64,000 nt of DNA from Truepera sp. GTDB lineage: Bacteria; Deinococcota; Deinococci; Deinococcales; Trueperaceae. Under the pieces are notes generated by a model that saw only the letters and a list, made by a program, of their open reading frames with translations, made no database searches and was not told the origin of the DNA. Numbering within the stretch: position 1 is the stretch's first letter; each line of letters begins with the position of its first letter. The stretch is from the NCBI GenBank assembly GCA_965218435.1, contig CBDCKW010000009.1:3488001-3552000 (forward strand), in the 5' to 3' direction. The position numbers were made by a program, and so were the translations under genes. Positions 1 to 9,838 of this stretch are shown here, one piece after another.

Positions 1-582
1 CACAAACACCACACCTGCTAAGGGCGCGTTAAACGCAGCGGCGAGACCGGCCCCGCTCCCAGCGGCAATCAGCGCCAACCGTTCGCCGGGGTTGCTGCCA
101 AAAAATCTGGCGAGCGCCGACCCGAGTGCGCCGCCCATCTGCACGGTCGGCCCTTCGCGCCCGAGTGCCAAACCGCCCCCGATAGCCAGCACGCCCCCAA
201 AAAACTTGACCGGTAAGAGCCGACCCGGATGCAGGCGACGCAACCGGTAAAAAACCGCTTTGAGGTGCGGAATCCCGCTGCCGACCGCTTCGGGTGCAAA
301 CCGCCGAACCAAAAAAACGGCGATGGTTGCGCTGCCCGCACCCCACAACACACTCGGCAGCCAACCCCAAACGTGCTCGTGGGCGTAAGTCCCTAAAACG
401 GTGCGTAACGCTGCCGCTCCTTCTAAACACCAGCGAAAAGCGAGTGCCAACAAGCCCGTACCAAGACCTAAAAGCGCCGCACGCGGATAGACGCGGCGAC
501 GCTGTGTCCGCATGGCGAGGTAGGTGCGAATTTCACGGTCGGCGCGCCGAGCTTTGGAGTCTAAAGGGGGCTTTGTGGCCAT
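1..582 (-). CDS. clcA: ClC-family H+/Cl- exchange transporter (5' part; runs off the window)
   Basis: Not in the ORF track. Manual translation from ATG 582 is open to base 1 and contains the ClC signatures GSGIP, GREGPTVQMG and GLAAAFNAPLAG. Confidence 0.93.
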   Translation of the reverse strand, partial: MATKPPLDSKARRADREIRTYLAMRTQRRRVYPRAALLGLGTGLLALAFRWCLEGAAALRTVLGTYAHEHVWGWLPSVLWGAGSATIAVFLVRRFAPEAVGSGIPHLKAVFYRLRRLHPGRLLPVKFFGGVLAIGGGLALGREGPTVQMGGALGSALARFFGSNPGERLALIAAGSGAGLAAAFNAPLAGVVFV

Positions 583-631
583 AGAAGCTCATCATACGGG
601 GTAAGGCAAGGGACATTTCTCTTTCTCGGGT

Positions 632-1597
632 CTAAACCTCACTCGCGTAAAGCCGAACCGTCTTTTGTGCCTGTTCGCAGACTTTGTGCCGGAGTTCGGC
701 GGGGGCTAAGACCTCTACCGCGGGGCCGAAACTGAGCAGATATTCGCACGCCTCCCACGCGACCTCGAAGAGCAGCTCGAGGCGTACCCACCCAGCTTTA
801 TCTACCGTTTGCGCCTCACTGATGACGCGCACGTAACGGCCTGAGACGCGCATCCGCTCTACAATCTCGGGTCGAGCCCGCACCGTTACCGGATAGCGCG
901 GCAAGTTTTCCTTAAACGTCTCTTTCGACCTTTCCCAATACACGGCCAGGTCAAATCCGGCGGGGCGCGTACCGGGAGCGCCCGTAAGCTCGAGCCCTTC
1001 GATACGTGACACTCGGTAAGTACGCAACTCGCCGTCTACACCCGCAATCAAGTACCAGGTGCTGCCCCGTGCGACCAATCCGAGCGGGTCTACCAGGCGC
1101 GTCACAGTTTTGTCGCTCCGAGCGTAGTGCAAACTCACTCGTCGGCCCTGCCACACCGCCTCATAAAGCAGCGGCAAAAAGGGCACCGCGTCTTTACTTT
1201 TTGTCCAACCCGCCGTATCGATATAAAGGTGCTGCTGAGCGTCCCTTGCCTCTGCTTGTGACGGCGTAGGAAGCGACGCCAACAGCTTGAGCTGCGCGGC
1301 GTCAAAGACGTTTGACAAGCCCAGGTCTTTAAGTAACGTAGGTGGTTTGCCAAAAAATAGGGTTTGCAATTCCGCGCTGCTCAGCCCGGTAAGCTGTGTT
1401 TTGTAGTCGTTTAGGAGCGCAACGCCGCCGCTCGGCCCCGGTTCGGCGTAAACCGGCACTCCGGCTGCGGTCAGCGCGTCCAGGTCGCGGTAAATTGTAC
1501 GCGGTGAAACCTCGAGCCGCCGCGCCAACTCACGCGCTTTGATTTTCCCTTCAGTTTGTAACGTCAGTAAAAGGCTCAAAAGACGGTCTGCCCGCAT
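632..1597 (-). CDS. YafY/PafC-family HTH-WYL transcriptional regulator
   Basis: N-terminal HTH_11 (MRADRLL...LEVSPRTIYRD) and WYL motif (STWYLIA...RTYRVSRI). Confidence 0.93.
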   Translation of the reverse strand: MRADRLLSLLLTLQTEGKIKARELARRLEVSPRTIYRDLDALTAAGVPVYAEPGPSGGVALLNDYKTQLTGLSSAELQTLFFGKPPTLLKDLGLSNVFDAAQLKLLASLPTPSQAEARDAQQHLYIDTAGWTKSKDAVPFLPLLYEAVWQGRRVSLHYARSDKTVTRLVDPLGLVARGSTWYLIAGVDGELRTYRVSRIEGLELTGAPGTRPAGFDLAVYWERSKETFKENLPRYPVTVRARPEIVERMRVSGRYVRVISEAQTVDKAGWVRLELLFEVAWEACEYLLSFGPAVEVLAPAELRHKVCEQAQKTVRLYASEV

Positions 1598-1603
1598 ATG
1601 TTT

Positions 1604-1650
1604 AGCGTAACAAAACGTTGACAGCAGGTGTCATAGATACTCGTTACGCT
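1604..1650. promoter_or_regulatory. Divergent promoter pair with TGACA-N5-TGTCA operator
   Basis: Palindrome at 1619-1633. TACGCT -10 boxes on both strands (1609-1604 minus, 1645-1650 plus). Confidence 0.7.
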
Positions 1651-1667
1651 GGATGCAGGAGGTCAAC

Positions 1668-2576
1668 ATGGAGACTGAGATGACGTTAGCGGGTAAAGTG
1701 GCGGTCGTCGCCGGAGCAACGCGAGGCGCAGGTCGCGGCATCGCCGTAGAACTCGGCGCGGCAGGCGCAACCGTTTACTGTACGGGCCGCAGCGTGCGCG
1801 GCAACCCGTCGGATATGAACCGGAGTGAAACCATTGACGAGACCGCCGAGCTGGTCACCCAAGCAGGCGGTCGCGGTATTGCAGTGAGGACCGACCACAC
1901 GAAAGAGGCGGAGGTCAAAGCTCTTTTTGAACGCGTCAAAGCGGAGCAAAACGGGCAGCTCGATATTCTGGTCAACGATGTCTGGGGCGGCGAATCGCTA
2001 ACCGAATGGAAAGTGTTTTGGAAACTCGAGCTGAACAAAGGGCGAGTGATGCTCGAGCGGGCAGTCTTTTCTCACATCGTCACGAGCCGTTACGGAGTGC
2101 CGCTGATGATAGCGAACGGGCGTGGCCTCATCATTGAAATCACCGATGGCAACACCTTCAACTACCGGGGCACACTCTTCTATGACCTCGCTAAAGTCGC
2201 CGCTATTCGTCTAGCTGCGGATATGGCCGCTGACTTCCGCCGAGCCGACCTCGAGATTACGGCGTTGGCACTAACCCCCGGCTTCTTGCGTTCGGAAGAG
2301 ATGTTAGGCCACTTTGGCGTTACGGAAGCGAACTGGCAAGACGGCGCGAAAAAAGACCCGTACTTTATTGCGTCGGAAACCCCTTTTTATACAGGAAAAG
2401 CGGTCGCAGCATTAGCAGCCGACCCAAGTGTATACGAAAAGACAGGCAAAGCTTTTTACACGGGTAATTTGGCAATCGAATACAATTTTACTGACACAAA
2501 CGGAACCCGACCGAACTTCCAAACTTTTTTCAAAGAAATAAAGAGCAAAGAAGCGGCCCAAGAGCAGGGTGAATGA
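1668..2576 (+). CDS. SDR family oxidoreductase
   Basis: GATRGAGRGIA NAD(P) motif and YDLAK catalytic YxxxK. RBS AGGAGG precedes ATG 1668. Confidence 0.9.
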   Translation: METEMTLAGKVAVVAGATRGAGRGIAVELGAAGATVYCTGRSVRGNPSDMNRSETIDETAELVTQAGGRGIAVRTDHTKEAEVKALFERVKAEQNGQLDILVNDVWGGESLTEWKVFWKLELNKGRVMLERAVFSHIVTSRYGVPLMIANGRGLIIEITDGNTFNYRGTLFYDLAKVAAIRLAADMAADFRRADLEITALALTPGFLRSEEMLGHFGVTEANWQDGAKKDPYFIASETPFYTGKAVAALAADPSVYEKTGKAFYTGNLAIEYNFTDTNGTRPNFQTFFKEIKSKEAAQEQGE

Positions 2577-3406
2577 GACCGCTCGAGCACAAAGTTGCTG
2601 TTGTCACCGGAGCGAGTCGCGGGGCCGGACGCGGAATCGCCTTGGTTTTAGGTGAAGCGGGCGCAACATTTTACCTGACCGGGCGCAGCGTGCGGGGGGC
2701 GCAGACAAGTGAGCTGGCAGGAACGACGTTGGAGGACACTGCTGACCTGATGGCCGCGCGTGGTGGCGTCGGCATTCCGGTTCGCACCGACCACACCCAA
2801 GACGAAGAAATCGAAGCACTTTTTGCACGTGTTAAAGACGAATATGGACGGCTTGACCTGCTCGTCAACAACGCCTGGGGTGGTTATGAAGAGATGGGGG
2901 ACACCTTCGGCGCACCCTTCTGGGTAGAACCAATGGCACGTTTTGACCGGATGTTCTCAGCGGGCGTACGCTCGCACCTCGTAACGGCGCGGGCGGCGCT
3001 GCCTCTAATGACGGCGCAAAACCGTGGGCTAATCATCAATACGACGCTCGAGATGGACCCTACGTTTTACGATGAAGCCCTTTTTTACCGCACTTCAAAA
3101 CTTGCTATCAACTATTTGACCTTTGGCATGGCGCACGACCTGCGCGTCCGGGGCGGCTACGATTTAGCGGCGATTGGCGTAGCGCCGGGGTGGACGCGTA
3201 CAGAAGCCGTGATGGAAAACTTTCGTAGCGGGCTTCACCAAGAGAGTGACCTCGAGCAGACTGAATCCGTTGAATATATCGGTCGGGCCATTTTAGCCCT
3301 CGCTACGGACCCTGACGTGATGGCTAAAAGTGGGCAGATACTCAGAACCAGAGACCTCGCCCACGAGTATAGCTTTACCGACGTAGACGGCAGACAACCT
3401 GCTTAG
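2573..3406 (+). CDS. SDR family oxidoreductase (tandem paralogue)
   Basis: TGASRGAGRGIA, NNA and YRTSK motifs. ATGA overlap with the upstream gene. Confidence 0.9.
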   Translation: MRPLEHKVAVVTGASRGAGRGIALVLGEAGATFYLTGRSVRGAQTSELAGTTLEDTADLMAARGGVGIPVRTDHTQDEEIEALFARVKDEYGRLDLLVNNAWGGYEEMGDTFGAPFWVEPMARFDRMFSAGVRSHLVTARAALPLMTAQNRGLIINTTLEMDPTFYDEALFYRTSKLAINYLTFGMAHDLRVRGGYDLAAIGVAPGWTRTEAVMENFRSGLHQESDLEQTESVEYIGRAILALATDPDVMAKSGQILRTRDLAHEYSFTDVDGRQPA

Positions 3407-3410
3407 CGGG

Positions 3411-3779
3411 CTACTCGAGTTCCTCCCGCGTCAACCACTCGGCTTCCGGCTCGACTTGCTCAGCTATTGCGGGGCCGGTGTCGCCCCAGTCTTGATTTTC
3501 CAGGGTCATGAGCGCCGACACATCCATCTCGTGCTCGCACAAAATCTGGCACGACAACCTAAAGTCGGGCTCTACGCCGGGTTCGAGCCCCAGCTTGGCA
3601 AATTCGGCTTTGGTGTACGTGTCCGGCTCGCCCAGAGAAAAGGTGACGCGGCAGGTGGTGCAGCGGCATTTGCCGCCGCAGCGGTGCCCGATGTCAATCC
3701 CTGCGTCTTCGATAGCTTGGGTTAGCCGCGTACCTTTGGCAACCTCGAGGTGTCGCCCGTTGACTTTAACTGTTGGCAT
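3411..3779 (-). CDS. 2Fe-2S ferredoxin-type protein
   Basis: CGGKCRCTTC ... RLSCQ cysteine pattern. Confidence 0.9.
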   Translation of the reverse strand: MPTVKVNGRHLEVAKGTRLTQAIEDAGIDIGHRCGGKCRCTTCRVTFSLGEPDTYTKAEFAKLGLEPGVEPDFRLSCQILCEHEMDVSALMTLENQDWGDTGPAIAEQVEPEAEWLTREELE

Positions 3780-3788
3780 GTAACTCTC

Positions 3789-4562
3789 CTAGTCAGACTG
3801 TGAAGCTTGGAGCGCAGCCCCGACGATGCCCGCTTCGTTCAGCAGTTTGGCCGGAACGATGGGCGTTTTGGGTTTTAAGAACTCGAGATACTCTTCGCTC
3901 TTTTTGCTGACGCCGCCGCCCAAAATGAAGAGGTCAGGCGAAAAAATAAACTCGAGGTGTTCCAAGTACGTGTTCACCCGTTTGCCCCACTTTTTCCAGC
4001 TGAGGTCGTCATCTTTACGGACCCTATCCGACGCCCACGCCTCAGCCTCTCTCCCTTTTTTCAAAAATAGGTGGCCGAACTCGGTATTGGGGATAAGTTT
4101 GCCGTTATAAAACATCGCGCTACCGATGCCTGTGCCGAAAGTGAGTAAAATCACGACGCCCTTCTGGTCTTTGCCTGCGCCGAAGGTGACCTCGGCGCGT
4201 CCGGCAGCGTCGGCGTCGTTTAACAGGTGAACTTCGCACCCGGTTGCTTCGGTCAAGAGCTTGTCGGCGTCGAGGCCGATCCAGCCTTTGTCTACGTTGG
4301 CGGCTGAGAGCGTCACGCCGCGTTTGACGATGGCGGGGAAGGTGCAGCCGACCACGCCGGTATAGTCAAAAAACGTCACGATGTCAGTGACCGTCTCGGC
4401 GACGGCCTCAGGTGTTGAGGGCTGAGGCGTGTCTATCCGGTAACGTTCGGTCGTCAGCTCGCCGGTCTCGGGGTTGACGAGCGCCCCTTTGATCCCCGAA
4501 CCGCCGATGTCAATGCCGAGCAGGGGTTGCGTCTTGTCAGAATTTTTCTTTTTACGGGCCAC
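3789..4562 (-). CDS. ppgK: Polyphosphate glucokinase (ROK family)
   Basis: [29 protein letters not shown] and NTEFGH motifs. Start placed at GTG 4562. Confidence 0.88.
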   Translation of the reverse strand: MARKKKNSDKTQPLLGIDIGGSGIKGALVNPETGELTTERYRIDTPQPSTPEAVAETVTDIVTFFDYTGVVGCTFPAIVKRGVTLSAANVDKGWIGLDADKLLTEATGCEVHLLNDADAAGRAEVTFGAGKDQKGVVILLTFGTGIGSAMFYNGKLIPNTEFGHLFLKKGREAEAWASDRVRKDDDLSWKKWGKRVNTYLEHLEFIFSPDLFILGGGVSKKSEEYLEFLKPKTPIVPAKLLNEAGIVGAALQASQSD

Positions 4563-4700
4563 AGCGTTATTATGCCCTATTTGACGGCTGGGGCGTCCGG
4601 GTTGTCCGAAAACCGGTTGCTTTTGGGTTGAGCGCCTCGAGTGCAGGGTAGTGCAACGTCTAACACCCGCTAGCCTTGTAGGGTAAGTTTTGGAGGCAAA

Positions 4701-5519
4701 ATGAAACATGTAGAGATTCAAGGCGTAGCGGTTCCGGCGCTGGGTTTAGGAACTTGGGACTTACGGGGCGAGGCGTGTACCGAAGCGGTTGAACACGCCC
4801 TATCGCTTGGTTACCGGCATATTGACACTGCGCAGGGTTACGACAACGAAGAATTCGTCGGGGCGGGGTTGCAAAAATCCAACTTAGCCCGTGACGACAT
4901 CTTTTTGGTGACTAAGGTCAAACCGGACAACTTTGGGCGTGAACAGGTGCTTACGAGCACCGCTGAAAGCCTCGGCAAGCTGCAGACCGATTATGTAGAC
5001 CTGCTCCTGCTGCACTGGCCCAACCCGGAGGTGCCGCTAGCTGAAACGCTGGGAGCATGTTTGGAACTGCAACAGCAGGGCGCGGTGCGGCATATCGGCG
5101 TCAGCAACTTTCCTTCCAAGCTGATGAACGAAGCGCAGGAGATGACCAAGATTTTTGCCGATCAAGTCGAGTATCACCCGTACCTATCGCAAGAGACGCT
5201 GCTGCAGCAGGCAAGAGCCCAAGATTATCTGCTGACAGCCTACAGCCCCATCGCGCAGGGACAAGTCGTGAACGACCCAGTGCTCCAAGAGATCGGCGAG
5301 GCGCACGGCAAAAGCGCCGTTCAGGTCACGCTCCGCTGGCTCGTGCAGCAAGACCACGTAGCCGCGATTCCCAAATCGGCGTCGGAGAAAAATCGGGTGA
5401 ATAACCTGGACATCTTCGACTTTGAACTGTCAGACGATGAGATGGCGCGGATTTTCGCTTTAGAGCGTCGTGAACGGCTCGTTGCGCCGGAGGGTGGGCC
5501 GGAGTGGGATAACAAATAG
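4701..5519 (+). CDS. Aldo/keto reductase
   Basis: [23 protein letters not shown] and IPKS motifs. Confidence 0.93.
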   Translation: MKHVEIQGVAVPALGLGTWDLRGEACTEAVEHALSLGYRHIDTAQGYDNEEFVGAGLQKSNLARDDIFLVTKVKPDNFGREQVLTSTAESLGKLQTDYVDLLLLHWPNPEVPLAETLGACLELQQQGAVRHIGVSNFPSKLMNEAQEMTKIFADQVEYHPYLSQETLLQQARAQDYLLTAYSPIAQGQVVNDPVLQEIGEAHGKSAVQVTLRWLVQQDHVAAIPKSASEKNRVNNLDIFDFELSDDEMARIFALERRERLVAPEGGPEWDNK

Positions 5520-5595
5520 GTTTGTAAGACATACGGTTCTGCCGCTCAGCTAAGGTGCTAGACTCGAGCCCAGCTCATCATAAAAGGAGGCTGTT

Positions 5596-6039
5596 GTGAG
5601 AACTGACCGAATGCTCAGGGGTTGTGCCGTACTCCTGGTTGCTTTTCTCGTTTCGTGTGCTCAGCCTAACGAACAGTTTCCAGCGGGATTTGCGTTCGGC
5701 GGTACCGCGTGGCAGCTGGGCTCGCTCGGCGGCAGATCACTCTCAAAAGGTACGGCGATAACGCTCGAGTTTAGAGATAAAAATTTTAACGGTTATAGCG
5801 GGTGCAACTGGTACGGCGGCGACTACACGGTGACGGGTATGGCTATCCATTTCACAGACAGCGGCAGTACGGCTCAGCTGTGCCCCACGCCCGTTGGCGT
5901 CATGCTACAAGAAGAAGCCTACGGACGGTTGCTTGCTGAAACCTTTAGCTACCGGGTTACGGGCGACTCTCTCGAACTGCTAAGCGGTGGAGGCACCGCA
6001 TTGACATTTACGCGAGGAGTGAGCGATCTGAAACCTTAG
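5596..6039 (+). CDS. META-domain (HslJ-like) lipoprotein
   Basis: Lipobox LVSC, GYSGCNWYGGDY and STAQLC pattern. Confidence 0.8.
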   Translation: MRTDRMLRGCAVLLVAFLVSCAQPNEQFPAGFAFGGTAWQLGSLGGRSLSKGTAITLEFRDKNFNGYSGCNWYGGDYTVTGMAIHFTDSGSTAQLCPTPVGVMLQEEAYGRLLAETFSYRVTGDSLELLSGGGTALTFTRGVSDLKP

Positions 6040-6392
6040 TGGGGATTCTCGAGCTTAAGTGGTGCCGGGATTTCTAAATCGGGGCTACGTGAGTCTTGAA
6101 TCACCTGATGAATCTCCAGCACATTGCGCCCGGAAAACGCCTCTCTGGGCAGCGTGCTGCTCTTGGCGTGACCCTCGAGGAACGCCTCGGAACTCGTCCA
6201 CGCTTGAAACTGCTCGTAGGTCTCCCAATAGGTCAGGACGATATATGGCTGACCCGGCGCACTCGGGCGGAGCACCTGGTTAAACAAAAATCCCGGCATC
6301 GTATCAACGAGTCCGGCGCGGTTAGCAAAACGTTCTTCAAACGCTTCGGCGTAGTCGGGGTTGACGAAAATGCGGTTGGCGACGCTGATCAT
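6036..6392 (-). CDS. Antibiotic-biosynthesis monooxygenase / IsdG-like heme-degrading protein
   Basis: ISVANRI..., FEERF, PGF and TYWE...F.AW.SSEAF..GH pattern. Confidence 0.82.
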   Translation of the reverse strand: MISVANRIFVNPDYAEAFEERFANRAGLVDTMPGFLFNQVLRPSAPGQPYIVLTYWETYEQFQAWTSSEAFLEGHAKSSTLPREAFSGRNVLEIHQVIQDSRSPDLEIPAPLKLENPH

Positions 6393-6511
6393 CGGGGCCT
6401 CCAGAAGGGTAGCGTAGCACCCTACCCAAAATTATTTATGAAGATTATTCGCGCGATGAGTTAAACGTCCGACGTTGTTTTAGAACAGAGCCGACTCTAA
6501 GCTAAACTGGA

Positions 6512-7492
6512 GTGATGGAAAGCAAATCTACTTCCACAGCTTGCTGCTCAGCCTCGCGTCAAGCTGTGGGCACTGACGTTTCTGACACTGGAGCTGGCGA
6601 TAACACTTCTGCTGCAAAGATAGAGCCGGGACCGTCAGCGGAGAGCACTGCCGACATGGTGCAGCTTCCGGGTGGGCGCTTTCTGATGGGCAGCGACGAT
6701 AAGAGCTTTCCAGAGGACGGCGAGGGTCCCGTCCGCGAGGTGACGCTCAGTCCCTTTTGGATAGACCGTTACGCTGTTACCAACGCCGCGTTTGCTGCGT
6801 TTACCGAAGCAACTGGGTACGTGAGCGAGGCGGAACGGTTCGGGTGGTCGTTCGTTTTTTACGGGCTTTTGCCTGGAGACTTTCCACCGACTCGGGGCGT
6901 TGCCCAAACTCCCTGGTGGCGGCAGGTCTATGGTGCAAATTGGGCACATCCCGAAGGGCCGCAGTCAGATGTGAGAGGGCGTCTCGAGCATCCAGTGGTA
7001 CACGTTTCGTGGAACGACGCGGCGGCGTATGCCCGGTGGACCGGAAAACGTCTGCCGACGGAGGCCGAGTGGGAGTACGCGGCAAGGGGCGGGCTCGAGG
7101 GCAAACGTTACCCTTGGGGCGACCGCTTGACCCCGGATAAAAAGCACCGCTGCAACATCTGGCAAGGGACGTTTCCCAGCAAGAATACTGGCAAAGACGG
7201 CTTTTTGGGAACCGCGCCCGTAACCGCGTTTGAACCCAATGGGTACGGGCTTTACAATATGGTCGGTAATACCTGGGAGTGGTGCCAAGACTTCTGGAGC
7301 CCGGATTATCACGTGAGCGGCCCCCGCGAAAACCCTTCCGGGCCGCCTGTAGGCGAAGCCAGAGTGATTAAAGGCGGCTCGTACCTCTGCCACGCGTCGT
7401 ACTGTAACCGCTACCGCGCCTCAGCCCGGACGAACAACACGCCGGACAGCACGCTGGGGCACACGGGGTTTCGGCTGGTACGAAGTTTGTAG
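6512..7492 (+). CDS. Formylglycine-generating enzyme (sulfatase-modifying factor 1)
   Basis: RLPTEAEWEYAARGG, GNTWEW and KGGSYLCHASYCNRYR with both catalytic Cys. Confidence 0.92.
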   Translation: MMESKSTSTACCSASRQAVGTDVSDTGAGDNTSAAKIEPGPSAESTADMVQLPGGRFLMGSDDKSFPEDGEGPVREVTLSPFWIDRYAVTNAAFAAFTEATGYVSEAERFGWSFVFYGLLPGDFPPTRGVAQTPWWRQVYGANWAHPEGPQSDVRGRLEHPVVHVSWNDAAAYARWTGKRLPTEAEWEYAARGGLEGKRYPWGDRLTPDKKHRCNIWQGTFPSKNTGKDGFLGTAPVTAFEPNGYGLYNMVGNTWEWCQDFWSPDYHVSGPRENPSGPPVGEARVIKGGSYLCHASYCNRYRASARTNNTPDSTLGHTGFRLVRSL

Positions 7493-7497
7493 GCCGT

Positions 7498-8883
7498 TTA
7501 CTTGGTTAGTTCACGGGCGCGGCTCAGCATCTCTTCGACGCGGGTCAGTTTGACGCGCGGTCGTCCTTGCGCCTTGCCCGCCTCGAGCTCTAACGCGTCT
7601 AACTTGAGCCAGTGGTCAAACGGGAAAAAGCGCACGCCCTTTTCAGTCAAGTACCGCTCGATCCGTGCCGGGTCACAGTCGGCGTCCGTAACGCGGGCCA
7701 ACTCAGGCGCGTCCTCTAAGAGCGACCGCACCGACTCGGCAGCGTCAGCTTTGTTGGTGCCAATCACGCCGGTTGGCCCGCGTTTAATCCAACCTGCGAC
7801 GTACTCACCGGGAACGACCGGGCCACCGACTGATTCGGTCACACGCCCCGCGACGTTGGGAATCACGCCGCGTTTGGGGTCAAACGGAACTTCGGGGAGC
7901 GCGACGCCTTTATAGCCGACTGAACGCAGCACCAACCCGACCGGCAAGATTTCAGTTTCGCCCGTCCCGACGGCTTCTAACCAACCGTCGCGGTCGCGGA
8001 GTTCGTTTTTTTCGGTGCGGAGTCCTTCAACCTTCGTGTCGCCCAAGACCTCGACCGGTGAGCTTAAAAACTTGATATGGACGCGGCGCGGTTTGCCGGT
8101 CAGCGTCCGCGTCGAAAAGTCGCGGAGCACCTCGACGTTTTTAGCGACCGTCCGGTCGTCTGCTAAAGACGCTTCGCTCGCGGCGTCGAGCTCGAGGTCA
8201 CCCGGATCAACGACGACATCGGCATTGGCCAACTCACCGAGCTCACGCAGCTCTTTAGTCGTAAACTTGCCCTGCGCCGGACCACGCCGCCCGAGCATAT
8301 AGATGTCTGTAACGTGGCTCCTCCGCAGCGCGGTGATGGCATGGTCGGCGATGTCGGTCGTGTTCAGCTCGTCGGCGGTTTTGGCTAGAATCCGTGTCAC
8401 ATCAACCGCGACGTTGCCCATCCCGATTACAGCAACGCTCTTTACCGAAAGGTCGGGGCTTAGGTCGGCAAAGTCGGGGTGACCGTTATACCAGGCGACA
8501 AATTCGGTAGCGGACAAGCTGCCAGGGAGTTTTTCACCGGGAATCCCGAGAGGCCGGTCGGAGGGTGCACCCACCGTATAAAAAATTGCGTCGTAAAAAC
8601 GGCGGAGTTCGTCTAAAGAGAGGTCTGAACCGTACGAGACGTGCCCGAAAAAACGTACCCGTGGGTCGTCAAGCGTCTTTTGGTAGAGCTTGGTGACGCT
8701 CTTAATCTTCTGGTGGTCAGGCGCGACGCCGTAGCGGATCAAGCCGAAGGGTGTGGGCAAACGGTCGAAAAGGTCAACGGCGACCGGCAGGTCTTGCTTA
8801 AGTAAGGCGTCGGCGGTGAAGAGCCCGGAGGGACCCGCGCCGACGATCCCGACGCGTAAGGGGCGTTCTGAAGTGTAGGTCAT
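7498..8883 (-). CDS. Ferredoxin--NADP+ reductase (FprA/adrenodoxin-reductase type)
   Basis: GAGPSG, PFGLIRYGVAPDH, GMGNVAVD and GWIKRGPTGVIGTNK motifs. Start at ATG 8883. Confidence 0.92.
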   Translation of the reverse strand: MTYTSERPLRVGIVGAGPSGLFTADALLKQDLPVAVDLFDRLPTPFGLIRYGVAPDHQKIKSVTKLYQKTLDDPRVRFFGHVSYGSDLSLDELRRFYDAIFYTVGAPSDRPLGIPGEKLPGSLSATEFVAWYNGHPDFADLSPDLSVKSVAVIGMGNVAVDVTRILAKTADELNTTDIADHAITALRRSHVTDIYMLGRRGPAQGKFTTKELRELGELANADVVVDPGDLELDAASEASLADDRTVAKNVEVLRDFSTRTLTGKPRRVHIKFLSSPVEVLGDTKVEGLRTEKNELRDRDGWLEAVGTGETEILPVGLVLRSVGYKGVALPEVPFDPKRGVIPNVAGRVTESVGGPVVPGEYVAGWIKRGPTGVIGTNKADAAESVRSLLEDAPELARVTDADCDPARIERYLTEKGVRFFPFDHWLKLDALELEAGKAQGRPRVKLTRVEEMLSRARELTK

Positions 8884-9193
8884 AAGTGAATTCCTTTGTA
8901 AAGCACTATACAAACACTGTATAAATATAGCGGCGCAACCATGCTGGTGTGAACATGTATTTGACGAAGGAGTTCTGCGAGCGGTCACTAAGACCCGCTG
9001 CTATCTTTACCATAACGCAGCTGAACTAACCAGCAGGCTCGAGAGCTCAGACCACTGTTATGCAAAATTGTAAAGCAGGCAATAGAGGTTTTAGGTGTTC
9101 TATACGTTCCGTGAGCAGCAGGAAGACCGCACCGTTGTTACTGGCGCGGCCATTTTGCCCTAGGGTTTAGCTACCGGGTTTTACGGTAGCTAA

Positions 9194-9808
9194 CTATTGT
9201 GGGGTAACGTTTAGATACGCCCAGCTAAACGCGAGGGTGCTGTTACCCAGGCTGTCGGTGACCATCGGACGGAACGCGTAGGCGGTTTCGCCCGCTTGGT
9301 TGATGTCTTGCGCGTCGGGTGCCACAGCGACCGTAACCGTGCAGCTAAGCTGCGTGGGCGCTAAAGCGACCGCAGTTTCGCAGTCAGACGAAGCGACGCT
9401 GAAGGGGCCGGTCGGCAGGGTGCTGGCGGCGTCCGAATTGCGCAGTTCGACCTGGGTAGCAGTAATGCCGTCGGGATCGGTAAAGTCGAGTTTCAGGTAG
9501 AAGGTGCCGCCGGCTGGAACAGTGACCGGGTTGACTTCACCTGAGCCGCTGGTAACAAAGGTGATGTCGTCGGTGCTGATACTTATCTCACCTTGCGGGT
9601 TGGGATTCACAACTTCGCCCCCAGCTCCGCCGGACGCTGTACCACCAGAAGCGAGCACCGAAGTGATCGTTACAGCGGGCTCGGTAGCATCAGGTGCAGC
9701 CGGAGTCATGACCTCCGGGGTGACGGGCTCGAGGTCAGTCTGCTGCGGTCCCGGCGCACACGCGGCGAGGAGCAGGGCAAGAGCGGGGTAAACGAGATAA
9801 CGGTTCAT
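9194..9808 (-). CDS. Hypothetical lipoprotein with Pro/Thr/Gly-rich linker and beta-rich domain
   Basis: Lipobox LLAAC and RBS GGAGG. Confidence 0.75.
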   Translation of the reverse strand: MNRYLVYPALALLLAACAPGPQQTDLEPVTPEVMTPAAPDATEPAVTITSVLASGGTASGGAGGEVVNPNPQGEISISTDDITFVTSGSGEVNPVTVPAGGTFYLKLDFTDPDGITATQVELRNSDAASTLPTGPFSVASSDCETAVALAPTQLSCTVTVAVAPDAQDINQAGETAYAFRPMVTDSLGNSTLAFSWAYLNVTPQ

Positions 9809-9838
9809 CTAAACCTCCCTTAGTACGGCACTCTAACA

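Noticed and set aside
29..584. ORF-track ORFs 29-430, 69-353 and 294-584
   Set aside because: Shadow frames of the clcA gene, which has clear GSGIP and GREGP motifs in another minus-strand frame.
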